Position numbers and translations under genes: made by a program. From NCBI GenBank assembly GCA_051294375.1, contig CM119266.1:24230411-24294410 (forward strand): DNA of 64,000 bases, written 5' to 3'. The notes beneath the pieces are model-generated. The model did no database searches. It had not been told where the DNA came from and saw nothing but the letters and a program-made list of their open reading frames with translations. Source of the stretch: Paraspadella gotoi (taxonomy: Eukaryota; Animalia; Chaetognatha). Below are positions 26,701-40,598 of the stretch, piece after piece (within the stretch, counting starts at the first letter, position 1; each line of letters starts with the position of its first letter).

Positions 26701-28000
26701 GCCTAAAACTTTTTTTTATAGCCTTCTTTTAAATTTTTAAATTATAGAAATAAACAATAGCATAACGAATAGTAGACCAATGTCGAGGTTCTCTAAGCGA
26801 GCTCCACGATGCAATCAAGCGCTTGTCTTTGACCTTCTTTTGCAGCGATTCCATGGAGATAACATCACTTCACTTATTCTCACTTTTTCTAAATCTTTCA
26901 TCTCATTCAAATCTCCTTTTCTATCTTTTCTCAAAATTACTCTTACTCTTTCAGTGAATCACTTCAATCGATTGATTGATGTGATCCTTCCGCTTTGAAG
27001 GACATTTCCCTACTATCTCGTATCTATCTCTCATAATCAGATTTTCACTTTCTTATATCAAAAACTGCTTCCTATTCTTTTTTTATCGTGATCTATACAC
27101 TTATCTTTTTCTTTCCGACAATTAATTACGACTTCTTACATCTACCGACAATGTTTGCACTTACTCTTTCAAAAACTCTAAGTTTCACCCGCTCTATTCC
27201 CATCCTCCTGACACAAAATATCGCAGCGAGAACAAAATATCTCCCAATCACAACAGCGGCATCTTCACATCCTCTCCGCCCATTTCTCATCATATATTGG
27301 GCAAACTCTTTCCCCCCATCCTCCTATATACAATCTCCATTACTACATTTTACTCCACGTCGTCGCATTAGCGAGATCACGATTTTTTACGATAGGGCGG
27401 TGCTTCGCTCTAAATTTCTTCTTCGTCGCTTTTCACCGAAGACAGTAGAGAGAGTAGATTGAGATGATTGAGCACCGCGAGACGAGAGAGAGAGAGAGAG
27501 AGAGATTTGACGAGAGAGACGAAAAGAATATATAATTACCAGTCCGAAATAAATTACAACAGAGCACGTAAAGACCCTTTTACGGGAGAGGACGCCACAT
27601 CTCCTCGATAGACTATGTTACTTTTCTTACTTTCTGATACAACAATCCACTTCCTTAGCTAAAAACAAAAAACTCATCCACTCGAGTCGAGAACCGGAAT
27701 GTGTCGCAGCCACCATTAAGAAAAGGAAAATTGCAGAGAGCGCAGTAGCAGTAGCCAGTGACTTAACATCCTGACATTCTCCTACTCCTCTAGTTCCGTT
27801 CCGTTTGTACGATAGTCTCTCACTCTGTTCTTCGATCCTTCTGTCCATTATCTTTTCCACGATCGCGATCGTCTTATGAGGATTCAGGCCGTTTAAGACG
27901 ATTACGGTTCCCGCCTCTCGGTCGCTGCTCTGTCGGTTCGGGTCGAATCGTTATCGGGTCTTCTTCATCGTCATTCGGTCTACTCATATCAACACTCTCT
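23753..28000 (+). repeat. Copy 1 of a ~4 kb direct duplication (partner 34275-37960); its 3' half is very noisy
   Basis: Near-identical GC-rich block 23753-25340 vs 34275-36080, then degraded co-linear similarity: gattttaagcgagtcaagaag ~26170 vs gattaagcgagtcaagaag ~36626, and gaatcgttatcg ~27945 vs ~37914. Confidence 0.85.
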
Positions 28001-31000
28001 ATTCTGTCTTGTTCTTATTTTATATTCTTGATGGGAATTCTCTTTCTTTCCGCTTTTGCGGGCTATCTACAACAGGCCTTACTCTCTCCTCTCCCCTCCT
28101 CTCTCTCTCTCTCTCCCTCCTGCACCCATGCCTCCATCACTTCCACGCATACGCGGCTCTATATCACATAACGCAATAGAGGACCGCCTATTATTGATTT
28201 TTGTGAGAACTTAGTGAGATAGAAATCGCGCACGAGGAATTCCAAGATATACACTGGCGGATATTCTTTAGTTCGGGAGTCTTGCTCGATTATAATTAGA
28301 ATTAAACGTGAAGTTAACGCTTGATAGGCATCAATATGAAAGAGAGTGGTATTGTGTTAGGCGTCGAGGGGAAGGTTAGCGTTCTTATTGCACATGTTAG
28401 GTTACGCATGATTATTGCAATTCGATTGTATGGAGTCTTTGCTTCTCTTGCCATTCTCTCGATTGTGTCTTTCAATGATCAATCTTTCTCGTCATCACAA
28501 TTTTATCTCTCGCTAAATGCCATATCATATGATACCTCAGTTTATTAACATGATTCATCGGGTTGTACTTATATCAATTTTCTTCTAGTGTTCCCGATCT
28601 TCGCTTGATTTCTTTAATTATTTGGTCAGTTCATCTATTCATAACTTATTACAATACATCTTTTAATATATTATTGTGTTCCTATTGTTATCGCTTTTCT
28701 CATTGTATTGATTTTAATAATCTTTCACATTCTTATTGTCTTTTTTTTTTGAAACTATATCTTTTAAATTTTGTGTAATTATCTATATTATTTCCTTCAC
28801 AAAATATCCTGATCATATCCCACGCGAGATACTTCGTGTATATATTACCAAATAAGTATCATGTAGGAAAACACGCCAGTTGTAGTCTAGTATTTTTATT
28901 TTAAACAGAATGGATTCTTAGCAACTTCGGCTCACAGGGTCGAGTGGGACCGCCAAGATTCCTGATCTCAGTCCCGATTGATACAAGAGTTGCACATGGA
29001 AATCGTACACCGCCAGAAGGAGGATTAAGTAAATCTGCACAGCAAACAACGTCACGGACACATCGGCGCCGCGGAGTGGTAGAAGAAAGTGTGACTTCGA
29101 TCTCAGGACTAACGCTTATGCTGGATTTTTTCCGGGAACTCCTTTCTGGGTTTTTTTCGTCTAAATTTCAAGGGAAAAACACGGATTTCTGGGTTGCGCT
29201 GTCTATGCCTTATCTCTAACGCTTCTGCCATTTATTCCCTCACGCCGCTTACCGCAATGTGACCTCTTCGCCACCGCTCGTGCGCACAGTTGAGTAACTC
29301 TCCGACGGGTGGTTGATCGGAAACATCAAAAAAACGGGTCTTTTTTTCCATTAAATCCATCTGATGTATGTATTTTGACGATTAAATTGACTATAGTCTT
29401 TAGTTATTTTTTGATAACATATCATCGTCTTCTTTTACTTTTTACTTTTTTTCTTTCTTACTTTCTTTGCTTTCTTGAGTTGGACCCTGATACGGCATTG
29501 TCCGGGAACTCTCCTTCGATACGATGTCTTGGATCGACGAAGATTAAATTCAACAAGAACAACAACACACAACTCACGACCTACGAACAATAGAGTTGAC
29601 AAACTCGTAAATCCGCCGGTCTGAACTCTCGCGTGTACGAGGGATCGAACTGGGAAGCTTGGCGAAGAAGAGATTAGTAGTATTCGCTATCCTCGGCGGC
29701 ACTGAATGATCCGTCTCCAAAGTCAGGTGGTTAAGGAAGTGGAGGAGGTGGTAAATAGGCGATGGAGGTGGCAGTCGAGGTGGGTTGGGCTCAAAGAGAA
29801 TGGCGAGGTGGAATCCTCGACGTTTCTGCGTTTTTTCTCCTGGGAATTCGCCCTTTCTCTCTCTTCCATTCGCGCATCCATTTATCTCAACTGAATCGAC
29901 GATCGGTCCGGTCGGATTACATCTGTCTCTGTTGCACTCGCTTCAGGTTGGTACGACCAGGTGTTTTTCTCTCTTTTCAAATTCTTCGATAACTTCGGTC
30001 AGGTGCCGCGTGGATCATTGATTCTCCCTTTCCTGCTACTCAACATGCCTCAAGGTAAAAAAGCCCCGTCCCGGCAGTATATGCGTACAGTTTTTCCTCG
30101 TGTACGTACGATCTGTCGTCATTAAACCTATCGCCTATGATGCGTTTTACTTTTGTATGAGAGGGGTAAAATTAATTTCATATTTGAAAAAAACTTTTTT
30201 TCAATGTTATTTTTTCTCTTCACTATTACGGACTCCATCTATTTCTAACACTTATATTTCGCTGCATTTTGTCTGCGCTGCCGCATTCTTGTTCTTGCAC
30301 CATCAATATATTCTAATCTTCTTATATACTTCCTTCCTTTCCGACAATAGTTCATAAGACGACATGAGAGCGAGATCTCATCTTCTCGTCATTAATTACG
30401 ATTTTCTTGTCATCTAACACGATCTAAGATCACGCATCATTTATGAACATCAATTTTAGTTGGAGAGCAGTTACAATTTATTGTTTTTTGTATTGTCGCC
30501 GAGACGCGTATAGGAAATTTAATTTTCGTTTATTTGTACACCCATATCTGATAGATTTCGTCTCAGTGTAAGAACATATAAAACTATTATTGTAGAAGAG
30601 TTCATCATCGTGTTAAAATTGTATTGTAATTTTTTTCCATCAGGAGAAATAAAGATATATAATTATTTTACACCATATTTAAATTTTATCCTAATAAAAT
30701 TTAGGTGAAGAATGAAATTAACATCTATCAAAGGCGTATGGATATCATAAAAGTTTACCATTAAAAATAGTTGGTACTAATTTTTAATTCCCTTTTGTTA
30801 CAAGACCTCATAGTGTTGAAGGTTGATCAAACTTTAGAAAAACAGTGTATATCTTCTCGCGATTGTGTACTATATCATGCCCACTGTAGCTCAGCATCAT
30901 GATTTTAGTTGTAGATAGAGAGTATCCTCTTCAAGATAGACATTATTCAGATTATTATAAATAATATTACTCACGGGATTGTCGATAACTGGTTAGCAAT

Positions 31001-34000
31001 CGGCGGACTGGTAAAGCTTTCGCTTACCTGCACTCTGAGCAATTGCACAATTTCTATAATATACGCGAGATTTCTCTTTGCACGTCTTCATAGGAACATT
31101 AAATAAAACGATTGTATTATCTTTTAACTCATTCTTTGATAGATTTCGAACACTATCATTACTATTTACCCGATCGAATATACATAGCAGGTACAATCGT
31201 TAGCGGGTTGGTCAATAAAAATATAAAAAGATTTGCATGTATTTACGTTTCTCGTACAACACTATAGTATTATATAATAAAGAGAACAGACACGTGAAGA
31301 TATTATTCTCAAGTTAAATATTTATATTTATTATAAAGAGATTAGTTCATTATGTATCGGTTAACTTCTATTTATTCTAACTTTTCGCCTCTTGGTACAT
31401 CTTACTCTCGTATTATCACTGTTAATTCATATAGGACTAAGGCATTTGTGTCAATCATCAGGCCTAAAATTCTCGTAGATTACTACGGCATTACCTTCTT
31501 TCTCTTTCCGTCGCCCCAGACACGAAGTAATACATCTCAAGGTCTCCGCTTCGCTCCGAAACCTAACTCTTACTGATCTTTATCTTCTCGCTCCTGTCCG
31601 ACTTTGCGAGATGTCAGTTTCCTTGTTCCCTGATAACTCTCTCCCTTTGACAGTTGTGACAAGTAGCTGTCAATCTTCCATTTTCGTTTGAGAAGTCCAC
31701 ACATGCGCACGTGGAGCGCTACAGGTCTTGTGTTGCTTTCCGTGGTTGGCGGGTCGGGCGGGTCGTCGTCTGCGTCGCGGATCGGCGACCGCTTTTAGCT
31801 CGGGAGTGTTAAGTCGATGAACAGTCGAGGGAAGGCGAATTTAGGATTTTACCGCCCACAGTAGGATTAAATCACTCTCCTTATATCGTTATATTTTAGT
31901 TGTTGATGTTGTTGTTTATTATTGTTTCCTGAGGTCACGTCGCAGGATAAAAAAAACATTGTCAAATTGCTTGCGTCTCTCGTCGTAATTCGTCTCGCTC
32001 ATTGTCGTATTTTCCAAAATTTCGGTCATCAACGGAATTGATCTTCCTTTAATTTCATTTTTCAATTTTATCCTTTCACTATAATTGTCTAATCTCTCAT
32101 TACATGATTTTATTTCTCTTTTATTTGAATTTTTTATAAAAAATGTTTAAGATGGTTGTTCTCTGTGCCGTGCTGTAGTTTGAGATCACGTTGGCTGACT
32201 TTAGTTCTTAATAAGTTCAGTTTTTCCTTTCTGGTAACTGAGTTGTGTTTATCGGTAGATTTATTTCACTCAACGGATATCATATTCGACGACGCACGAG
32301 ACCAGATTGATGTTATTATTATATCTCGTATATAGTTCTTCCACCACATATTTCTGAAGGTAGATTTGATATAGTTATTCAAGCAAAATCTGTGTTATAT
32401 TCGATGTATTATATAAGAGAATTTTGAACATTATATTAGGAAATTTATATTAATATCTAAGTTAATAATATATATTAACCCGCCTATACAGGTCAGAGTG
32501 TGTTAACAAATATCAGTTCTGATACGTCTCTACGACGGCAGGACAGACCTTCTCTCTGCTAAAACATTGTTAAAGTTAAAAAATTAAGACGGCACCTACT
32601 AATTGTCCCCACCTCTCCTTCCCGCGCTTTCTTTCGCGACTGAACTCAGTTGCTTACAAACTTTCTCTTCTTATTCTCTTTGGGTCCGTCTCTTGATCGC
32701 TCGATTGTCTGTTCGTTCGTTCGGTCTTGACCTCCTTCCGTCGGCACGTCTTGTAACTTATATTTCACCTTTGACGTTCTGGGTATTCTATCTGCTCGCT
32801 GTCTTGGCCTCGCACGACGCCCTTCTCTTCGTCCAAACACCCCCTCCATTCGAGCCTTTTCGAATCGGGTTGCGTCCGCTTGGAGTTTTTCGCGCGCGGT
32901 CGCCTTACGCTTGACCTATCCTCGCCGTCCCTGATCTCTACGCTCTCGGGAATCGCCGATGAGAGAGCGCTCAAACAAAAAAATAAGTTTCCAAATTTCC
33001 AATATTTATACATGAGCTGAAAAAGAAAATGGGTTACTATTTTCACAAATTCAAAATGCTGTTTCTTAAAGAAAAAGGGATTAGATATAAGAAATTAAAT
33101 TCAAATCAAAGTTAAACTTAATTTAAATTAAATTAGGTCTCACCTAGTTCTTTAGATTTAAATGAAAAAGAACGGGGTTAAGTCAATTTCCAAACTAAAA
33201 ACAATTTTAAAGCATGCTACAGACAGTTTTCCTGACTTTTCAAGAAGGACTTACACAGTAATAGTTTCTATGGCAATAACAATTATATATAGCTACGTCC
33301 GCCCATTAAATTAAAACATAATAAATACCACTTTTTCCGCGCTCCTCCATAAAAGGGAAAAGAATCTTCAGTATCTTTTTCGGCGTCAGAAAGATCGACG
33401 CGTGTCAACAAAAAAATTCGAGAAGGGAGAACGTATTTCTAACTTTGGTAATAATGTAATCTAGCAAAAATTTCCGCGCGACGGATCTCGCTCACGTCTT
33501 ATTGACTGTTCAAATAATCAGAGTCAAATCAAATCCATAATCGTATTTCGAGTTCTGTGTAACAATTCCAGGTTAATAATTAAAAATTTTACAAAATTAA
33601 ACCAAAATGCCTTACTTTTTTTCGCCGACGGCGACGTCGCCATCGTCTCTGTTTATGCAGAATTTTTTTGGATGAGGGGAGGGGAAGAAATTCTCTCTCC
33701 GCGCCGTCAGGGGAACCCTTGAAGGCTGCTCCGCCCTCCTTGCTGCTGCACGCAGGGAGGTCTCTTTCACGTTCAGTCTTCACCAGCAGGTCTTTGACAT
33801 GTTGCTGAGTTTACCACTTTGTCTGACTGTCAACAAGGTTCAGCAAGTTTGTCATTTCATTGTTTCATTTCTTTTTTTACTCGTCGTTCTTTTGCGCTTC
33901 ATTTACGCTCCTTCTTCGTTCTGTACGCCTCTTACAATTGTTACAATTTTGCTTTTTCTCTCTGGGTCATGCTTCAAGGCGGAGCCCCCTCCATCAGCAG

Positions 34001-34894
34001 ATTCCAGCTCTGGAACAGGCGAGCAGCACCTTTGAAGGAGGTTTGCTGCAAATCTACTGACGGGGCCTAAATCATGCTTTCTTTTGACATAATTAACATT
34101 CTTTATAGTAGAAGATGGATTCAGGGAAATCAAAGCAGACAGAACCGGTCCTGGAAGGCCTTTCTTCCCAGGTCACATCCAGCCCCAAAGTGTGCACATA
34201 GTTGTCAATCCAGACCCGCCACCTCTTCGGAGGTTCACCACAGATCGGCNNNNNNNNNNNNNNNNNNNNNNNNNAAAAGTGAAGTTCGCTTCCTCATCTC
34301 GGAAACTCGAAAATCGCCTCGGGGTCACCAACTCATTCTTCATCGCTTTCAAATATTCAGCGAGATCGCGACGGCGGCCGAGAAGCGTCCGATGGTGGCG
34401 GCGGCGGGGGCGCGGCGGCGCGGCAGAAGAAAATTCGTCTCTTTGTCGGCGACGGCGGCCGGCCGGAACGGCGGTTTTTCTCGGCGGCGCCGGCCCAGAT
34501 TCCCGCCATCTTCTCTGCGTATTCTTCGCCGCTCTTTTTTTTTTCCGCCGCTGGAAGTCGTTTCCGGCAAAGTGAAATGCGCCGGCCTTTGCCGAGCGAT
34601 CTCGAGGGAGCATCTAAATCAAACGCAATCTTCTCTTCGTCCGCCGGAAATTCTCATTTTATTAAAGCGACGACGACGTCCGCTTTTCTCGCTTCGCTCT
34701 TTCTTCTCCTCGATCCTTTCGCCTCCTTTAGCGCCCCTTCGTTTTGCCGTATCGTTTATCCCCTTCCTTTTTTCCCGCTATCCAAACTTTCTTCAATCCA
34801 CAGTTCTTCCATGAATTCAATAAATAATTTGAACATTCTACAGTATTGTGGCGAAGCCTAAACATTCTACAGTATTGTGGCGAATCCTAAATTT

Positions 34895-35110
34895 GCCTCC
34901 CGTATAGCTTGGTGAAACTCACCTCGACCCATTGGCTTGGACACAAGTACACATTCTCCAACCGTGACCTCCGGGTTCAATCCCCTCACGGTCACGCTAG
35001 TTAAAGTGTGAAGGTGTCGGCATAAACACGCAAGTGACATGTGGTGGTCACTGCAGGTCCAAACCCCTGAGCGCAAGCTGTCGGGAGATGTCCCCCAACC
35101 CCCATAGTAT
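34895..35110 (+). mobile_element. Possible tRNA-derived SINE (Pol III A/B-box-like head)
   Basis: A-box-like TAGCTTGGTG (34905) or TGGCTTGG (34933), and B-box GGTTCAATCC (~34974) inside a GGG-TTCAAT-CCC T-arm-like hairpin flanked by CCGTGA/TCACGG. It is preceded by a 29-bp tandem duplication at 34832-34890. Confidence 0.4.
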
Positions 35111-36654
35111 ATCATTTTTATGCTTCTTAAAACGAGCTATCCTCCTTCACGAACCTCGCCATGGCTCCATTCCCATGTTTCCTTCATCCTACCTCCACTT
35201 TCCAACGATCCTGTTATGGATTTAAAATTACTCACCAACCCCCCCCATTCAACTTTCCCTCACAACCCTCGCCCTCCGTCGCATCATATATCCTCATTGT
35301 TCCCCCCCATCATGTTCCGTCCGTCGCCCCATTGACGCTGCGTCACCGCTCCCCGTGGCGCCGCTTCTCGGCCATAACCGGCGCGTTTCAACGCCTCTTT
35401 CCCATTTCATCGACGCTTCGCTTCCGGTCATTCCTCAACCCCTCCTCTTCTTCTTCCTTCACCTGGCGATTGTTCGATCCGAGTCGACACTCGCAACTCC
35501 CATTACCACTCCTGTCGCCACTCCTGTAACCACTCCTGTCGTCACTCTCTTGCTCGAGTTCGTCAGGGTTGACACGCCCACTTTATTAAGAGTGGAATGG
35601 GGATTTAGAATTGTGATCTAATTCGCGAAAAAAATAATTTACTATCTCAATTTTATAAAAGTATTTTCCTTGTCGGTGGGAAAGCTTAATTTACTATCCG
35701 GATACATTTATCTTAACCCGTTTCGCGTTAATGTAAACGTGAGTTTTATTTTTTCGATTCTTCATGTACACTTAAAACACCTTATTCTTCAACACAGTTC
35801 TTGTAGAACTTCCGTCTTCTTGTCAAGTCTTAACTTTCTTCAGACCTTTCTATTGCCTTCGCTCTCTTTTATCAGTTATTCATGCCTCGCTTCCTTACTT
35901 ATCTTTTTCACTCTTCTCTTCTCTCTCTCTCTCTCTTCTCCATCGATCTCTCTCGAATATCTCATCTCTCATGCATCTCTCACTTCTCTCTCTCTCTTTT
36001 AAGTCTTAACGAGATCTTCGCCTTCTCCTGTTGGTCGTCATTTCTTCCTCGCGAGCGAAAATATTCTTCGAGATCGGGACATCGAATTCATGCTTTGTCG
36101 CCACCGCCTCATTACCGCCCACCCCTTCACCCTCTCGCACCGCAATTTCCTCCACTTCCTCTCCCCTCGTTTTACGTTCATTTGTTTACCACACGCGCCC
36201 TCGGGGTCTTTCGGGATTGCGCCGGCCCCCTTCGACTTACCACCATTTTGCCTCACCCTAACACCACCTCGTTCCAATCAGGTGATAGTGGACGGCGGAG
36301 CGACTCCCGTGCGATTCGTAGGCTAGCGATGGCGACATTCTCACAACGCATCGAAAAATAAAATGGCGACGAACGGACGTTAGTGACACGACATACGACG
36401 ACAAATCGAGGCCGACTCGTGCGGGCGACGGCGGCGTCGGGCACGGCGATCGCTATGAAAAGCCTCACTCAACTGGTATAGGATAAGGATGGAAGACACA
36501 CAAAACCCACCTCAACCCTAAAAAAAAATTTCGAGGGTGAATTTCACTCGTGAAAAACGAAACGGATTCACGGAAGGAGAGGAAAAGACCCAAATTTTGT
36601 TTTCCAAATGCATTCCGCTAGACGAGATTAAGCGAGTCAAGAAGAGAGAGAGAG

Positions 36655-36701
<47 letters not shown>

Positions 36702-37633
36702 AAAGAGAGAGAGAGAGAGAGAAGAGAGAGAGAAGTATGCATCTCGCGATTACCATTAAACAATAAAAGTCATTTGAAGTCGCTCCCAAGCTGAGCTAAC
36801 CGAAATTACGCGTGTCCCTAATGTTTCCTGATTATAAATACAAGTAATTTTCCAGAAGGTAAACTCGGCTTTGATTGTATTCATATATTTAACTTACCTT
36901 TTAATAATAATGAATAGCAAAAAATACTTTGTTCATAATATGAAATTGTTACAACCAATAGGAGATATAAGATTATGTTTCAAAATTATAGTTTACTTTT
37001 CCATGATATGGTTAATTTGATTCAAATTTCAAATATAATAGATTCATAATATTTTATGTAGAATATTAAGCTTAAAAGTTTTTTAATAGCCTTCTTAAAT
37101 TTTTAAATTAATAGAATAAAAAATAGCAATCAAGAAATAGTAGACAACTGTCGATTCTTACGAGTCAAATCAGCGCTTGCTTGATTTTGAATTCCATGGA
37201 GAAGAATCACTTCATTCATACAACTTTTAATCTCTCTTCTCTCATTAAATTCTTTTCTTTTTCTCAAATTACTTTTACTTTAGTAGAATCACTTCATCCA
37301 GATTGATTGATGTGATGCTACGCTTTGAAGGAATTTTTCTTCGTTGTCTTTCATAAAGATTTTAATTTTCTCGAACAGAAACTGGCTTCCTATTCTTTTT
37401 TTATCGTGACTAATAAAATATCTTTTCTTTCGATAATCGATACTAAAAACCAATGTTATATTTTTAAAATAAGTTATGTTATTCATTCTGAACAAAACTG
37501 AAAACAAATCTCCAATCACAACAGCTATCATCTCTCGCCCATTTAATGGAAACTCTTTTCATTTCAAAAATATTAACTATCATACTCAGTGAGTATGATA
37601 GTTAATTACTCACCATAACTTTTATTCCCTCAT

Positions 37634-37790
37634 CCAATAAACAATCACAATCACGACGAATCTTCGCCCTTTCGACCAATCAAAACCTCTTTCACTCTTC
37701 CCCTCTCTCTCCAACCAATCACCAATCACACCCGCCATTAAAAAGTCTCCAATCACCAGGACTATAATCGCTGCTTCTACATTCCTCCTT
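37634..37790 (+). promoter_or_regulatory. CCAAT-box cluster followed by a TATA-like element
   Basis: CCAAT at 37634, 37676, 37715, 37722 and 37749, CTATAAT at ~37762, then CpG-rich sequence. Confidence 0.4.
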
Positions 37791-38414
37791 CTATTCTGCG
37801 AGGCGCAGGTCGTTCCGATTCTGAGCCATTTATTTCGCGAGGAACGACGTCCTTAGAGAAGCCGTAAAGACGAATAGCGTTTCCGTTCCTCGTCGTCGTC
37901 GTCGTCGTCGTCGGAATCGTTATCGTCTTCCTTCATCGTCATCGTCATTGCCATCGTCAAAACGTTATCGTTTTTGCTTAGTTTCTATGTCACCGTCTCA
38001 GTTCATTGAACCTCTTTTCGTATTTTACCGTCAGCGCCGTTATTCCTTGTTTTGAAAAGCACTTCTGATCGTGATTACTGTTTTCATTACTGTCGTTGTC
38101 AGTCCGCTTCATCTTCTATAATATCTTTTTTTTGTCATTATTATAAATTTAAACGATAAAGTCACTTAGTTTTTATCTATACTGTAGTCATAAACCACAA
38201 ATCTCATCCTTTTAACTAAACACCCATGAGCATTTAAACATTTCATTCGGCGCATGCGTATTTTTGGTTTCGTCTCTTTCTCGCCTCAGAGAACATTAAC
38301 GACAACAACTACAACAAAACTCCCATAACAACAAAAACCATTTCATTCGTTGGCTTCTGTTTCTAAGACTTTCGACGGAGGCATTTGCTTTTTCCCCGTG
38401 AGTCGCATATGTTC

Positions 38415-38531
<117 letters not shown>

Positions 38532-38884
38532 TCTTTCTCTTTCCTTCTTTATGACTTGTTTCTTCTTTGCTTATTTTCAATTGCCACTTTCCAACAAAAA
38601 ATATTTTCTTTCCATATTTTATTATTTCTCTATTCTCATTTCACAGCGTTTTTGTGCTAAGAAATCGTGAATATTACATATAATAAATCTAGCGCCTGTT
38701 TTCCCACTGATTCTCATTCCCGACTCCCGGCGGCAAAATTCAACTGTGTTGATAATTTTTTATCTTTCTGGCAATTTTTCCATAACAGGATTTTTCTTCG
38801 CTATTGCTCCTTTTTTTTCACTCTCATCATTCCTTTGGTACCCGACCGCAGCCAATTGGGAAGAAAACTCATTCCAATCTCTCT

Positions 38885-38975
<91 letters not shown>

Positions 38976-40564
38976 ACGGCGGCGAAAAACGATTTCATTT
39001 TTTCCCTCTCTTTCTATGGGTTGAAAAAAATATTGGTTCGCCGGCCGAAGGAAGAGAAAGGAAGGGGAAATGGAAACCGGAAAAAAAAGGGAAAGGGGTA
39101 AAAAAAAAGGAAGAAAAAAAAAGGAAAAGTGATATTTGGTGCGAGCACAATTGGTTTTGACTTATTTTCTGCGCCATTTTGGATTCTAAGGCGCATCGTC
39201 GATGGTTTTGCCAATGGGGGGGAGAGTGGGGGGGAGGAGAAAAGAGGGGGGAGAGAGAGGTGAGGGGGTGAAAGATGTCGCGGGGGGACGGATGTGGTGG
39301 GAGGCGTGGAGCGAGGGAAGAGGGAAGGAATAAATGTGCACAAGAAAGAAGAGTGAAAAAGAAAGATTATCAAATGATGAGAAGAACGATAAAAAATATA
39401 TATTAAAAGTGAAACATCAAGGATGTGGGGACTTGACTTGATGAGATTTTTTGAATAGATTTATAACTGAAAGGAAAATAAGGAAGGGATTCATCAAAAG
39501 ATGGGGAAATAGAAAACTAAGGATTATAAGGTAAACTAAGATCGAGAAAAAGAAGATAAGAATAAAAAGTATAAACTAGAGAACTAAATAGTAAAGGGCT
39601 AAAGGCTCTTAGACTCCCTCCAGGGTCGTCAAGATCATTTTTCTTTGTTTGTTTTTATTTCCTCTGCATCGCGAGTTTCGAAGAGGGAATGGACCGAATA
39701 AGTGGGTCAAATAGAGTGGAGGCGCGAAAAGGTGAAATCATCGAGTCTCATAAGAGGAAACAAACTCGGAAATGGTCGCGTCTTAAAAGAGCAGAGGTGG
39801 AAGGGATGTGACGACATTGGGAGGTGGTGTTGTGTGGTGTTTCTCGTAAGCATTAAAATTACTATAGTGTTGGATCTGCCGAGCGAGGAGGGTCTATAGC
39901 CTCCCTCATGAGCCTGACCAAATTTTCCGTCAAGTTGCCTTATTTTCTGGAACTTCGGGAAGTAGGGTTGCTCCCGTTGACAAAAAGGTCCATTCTGACC
40001 AGGGTTAGAACTCCGTGCCACGGAGTCGCGGCACCCCAGTATAATCGCTATATTATCGATACCGAAGAAACATCGTTGAAAAAACTAATGAACGGAAGGA
40101 GCGAATAAATTCATTGAGTATTTACTATATAATTTATATTGGTTGTACCAATTTCATCTTATGAAATGCATTCAGTTAACCTACTAAAATCGCGAGATCT
40201 ATTTACAAAGTCGTAAAACGATAGGTACAGTCGACGCTTTTGAAAAGCGAGAAGCTTTCTTAAAGCTCAGAACTCATTAAAATCGGACGGAATTGCCCGA
40301 CCATCTCCTTTCACACACAACCCCTCCCCCCTTTCCAACGCCCTTTGCCCTACCCCCCCTTCCGACGCCCACTCTCGTCCCGGGCATCGAAAGCGGTTAA
40401 CCGATCGAACTCGTCTTAAAGAAAATCCTCCGCTCGGCGAAACGATCGTCAAGGTTGCAAGGTTTGCTACAAAGACGCCTCGTCGAAGTACGGGACGCCA
40501 TGGCTCTCTCTCTCTCTCTTCTCTCTCTCTTCTCTCTCTCTTCTCTCTCTCTCTCTCCTCTCTC

Positions 40565-40598
<34 letters not shown>

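Larger units (their letters stand above)
34275..37960 (+). repeat. Copy 2 of the ~4 kb direct duplication, starting exactly at a 25-N gap
   Basis: See 23753-28000. The copy begins immediately after the N run at 34250-34274. Confidence 0.85.

Noticed and set aside
34895-34995. Functional tRNA gene
   Set aside because: Only a B-box and T-arm-like hairpin are evident. I could not fold a full cloverleaf or identify an anticodon arm.
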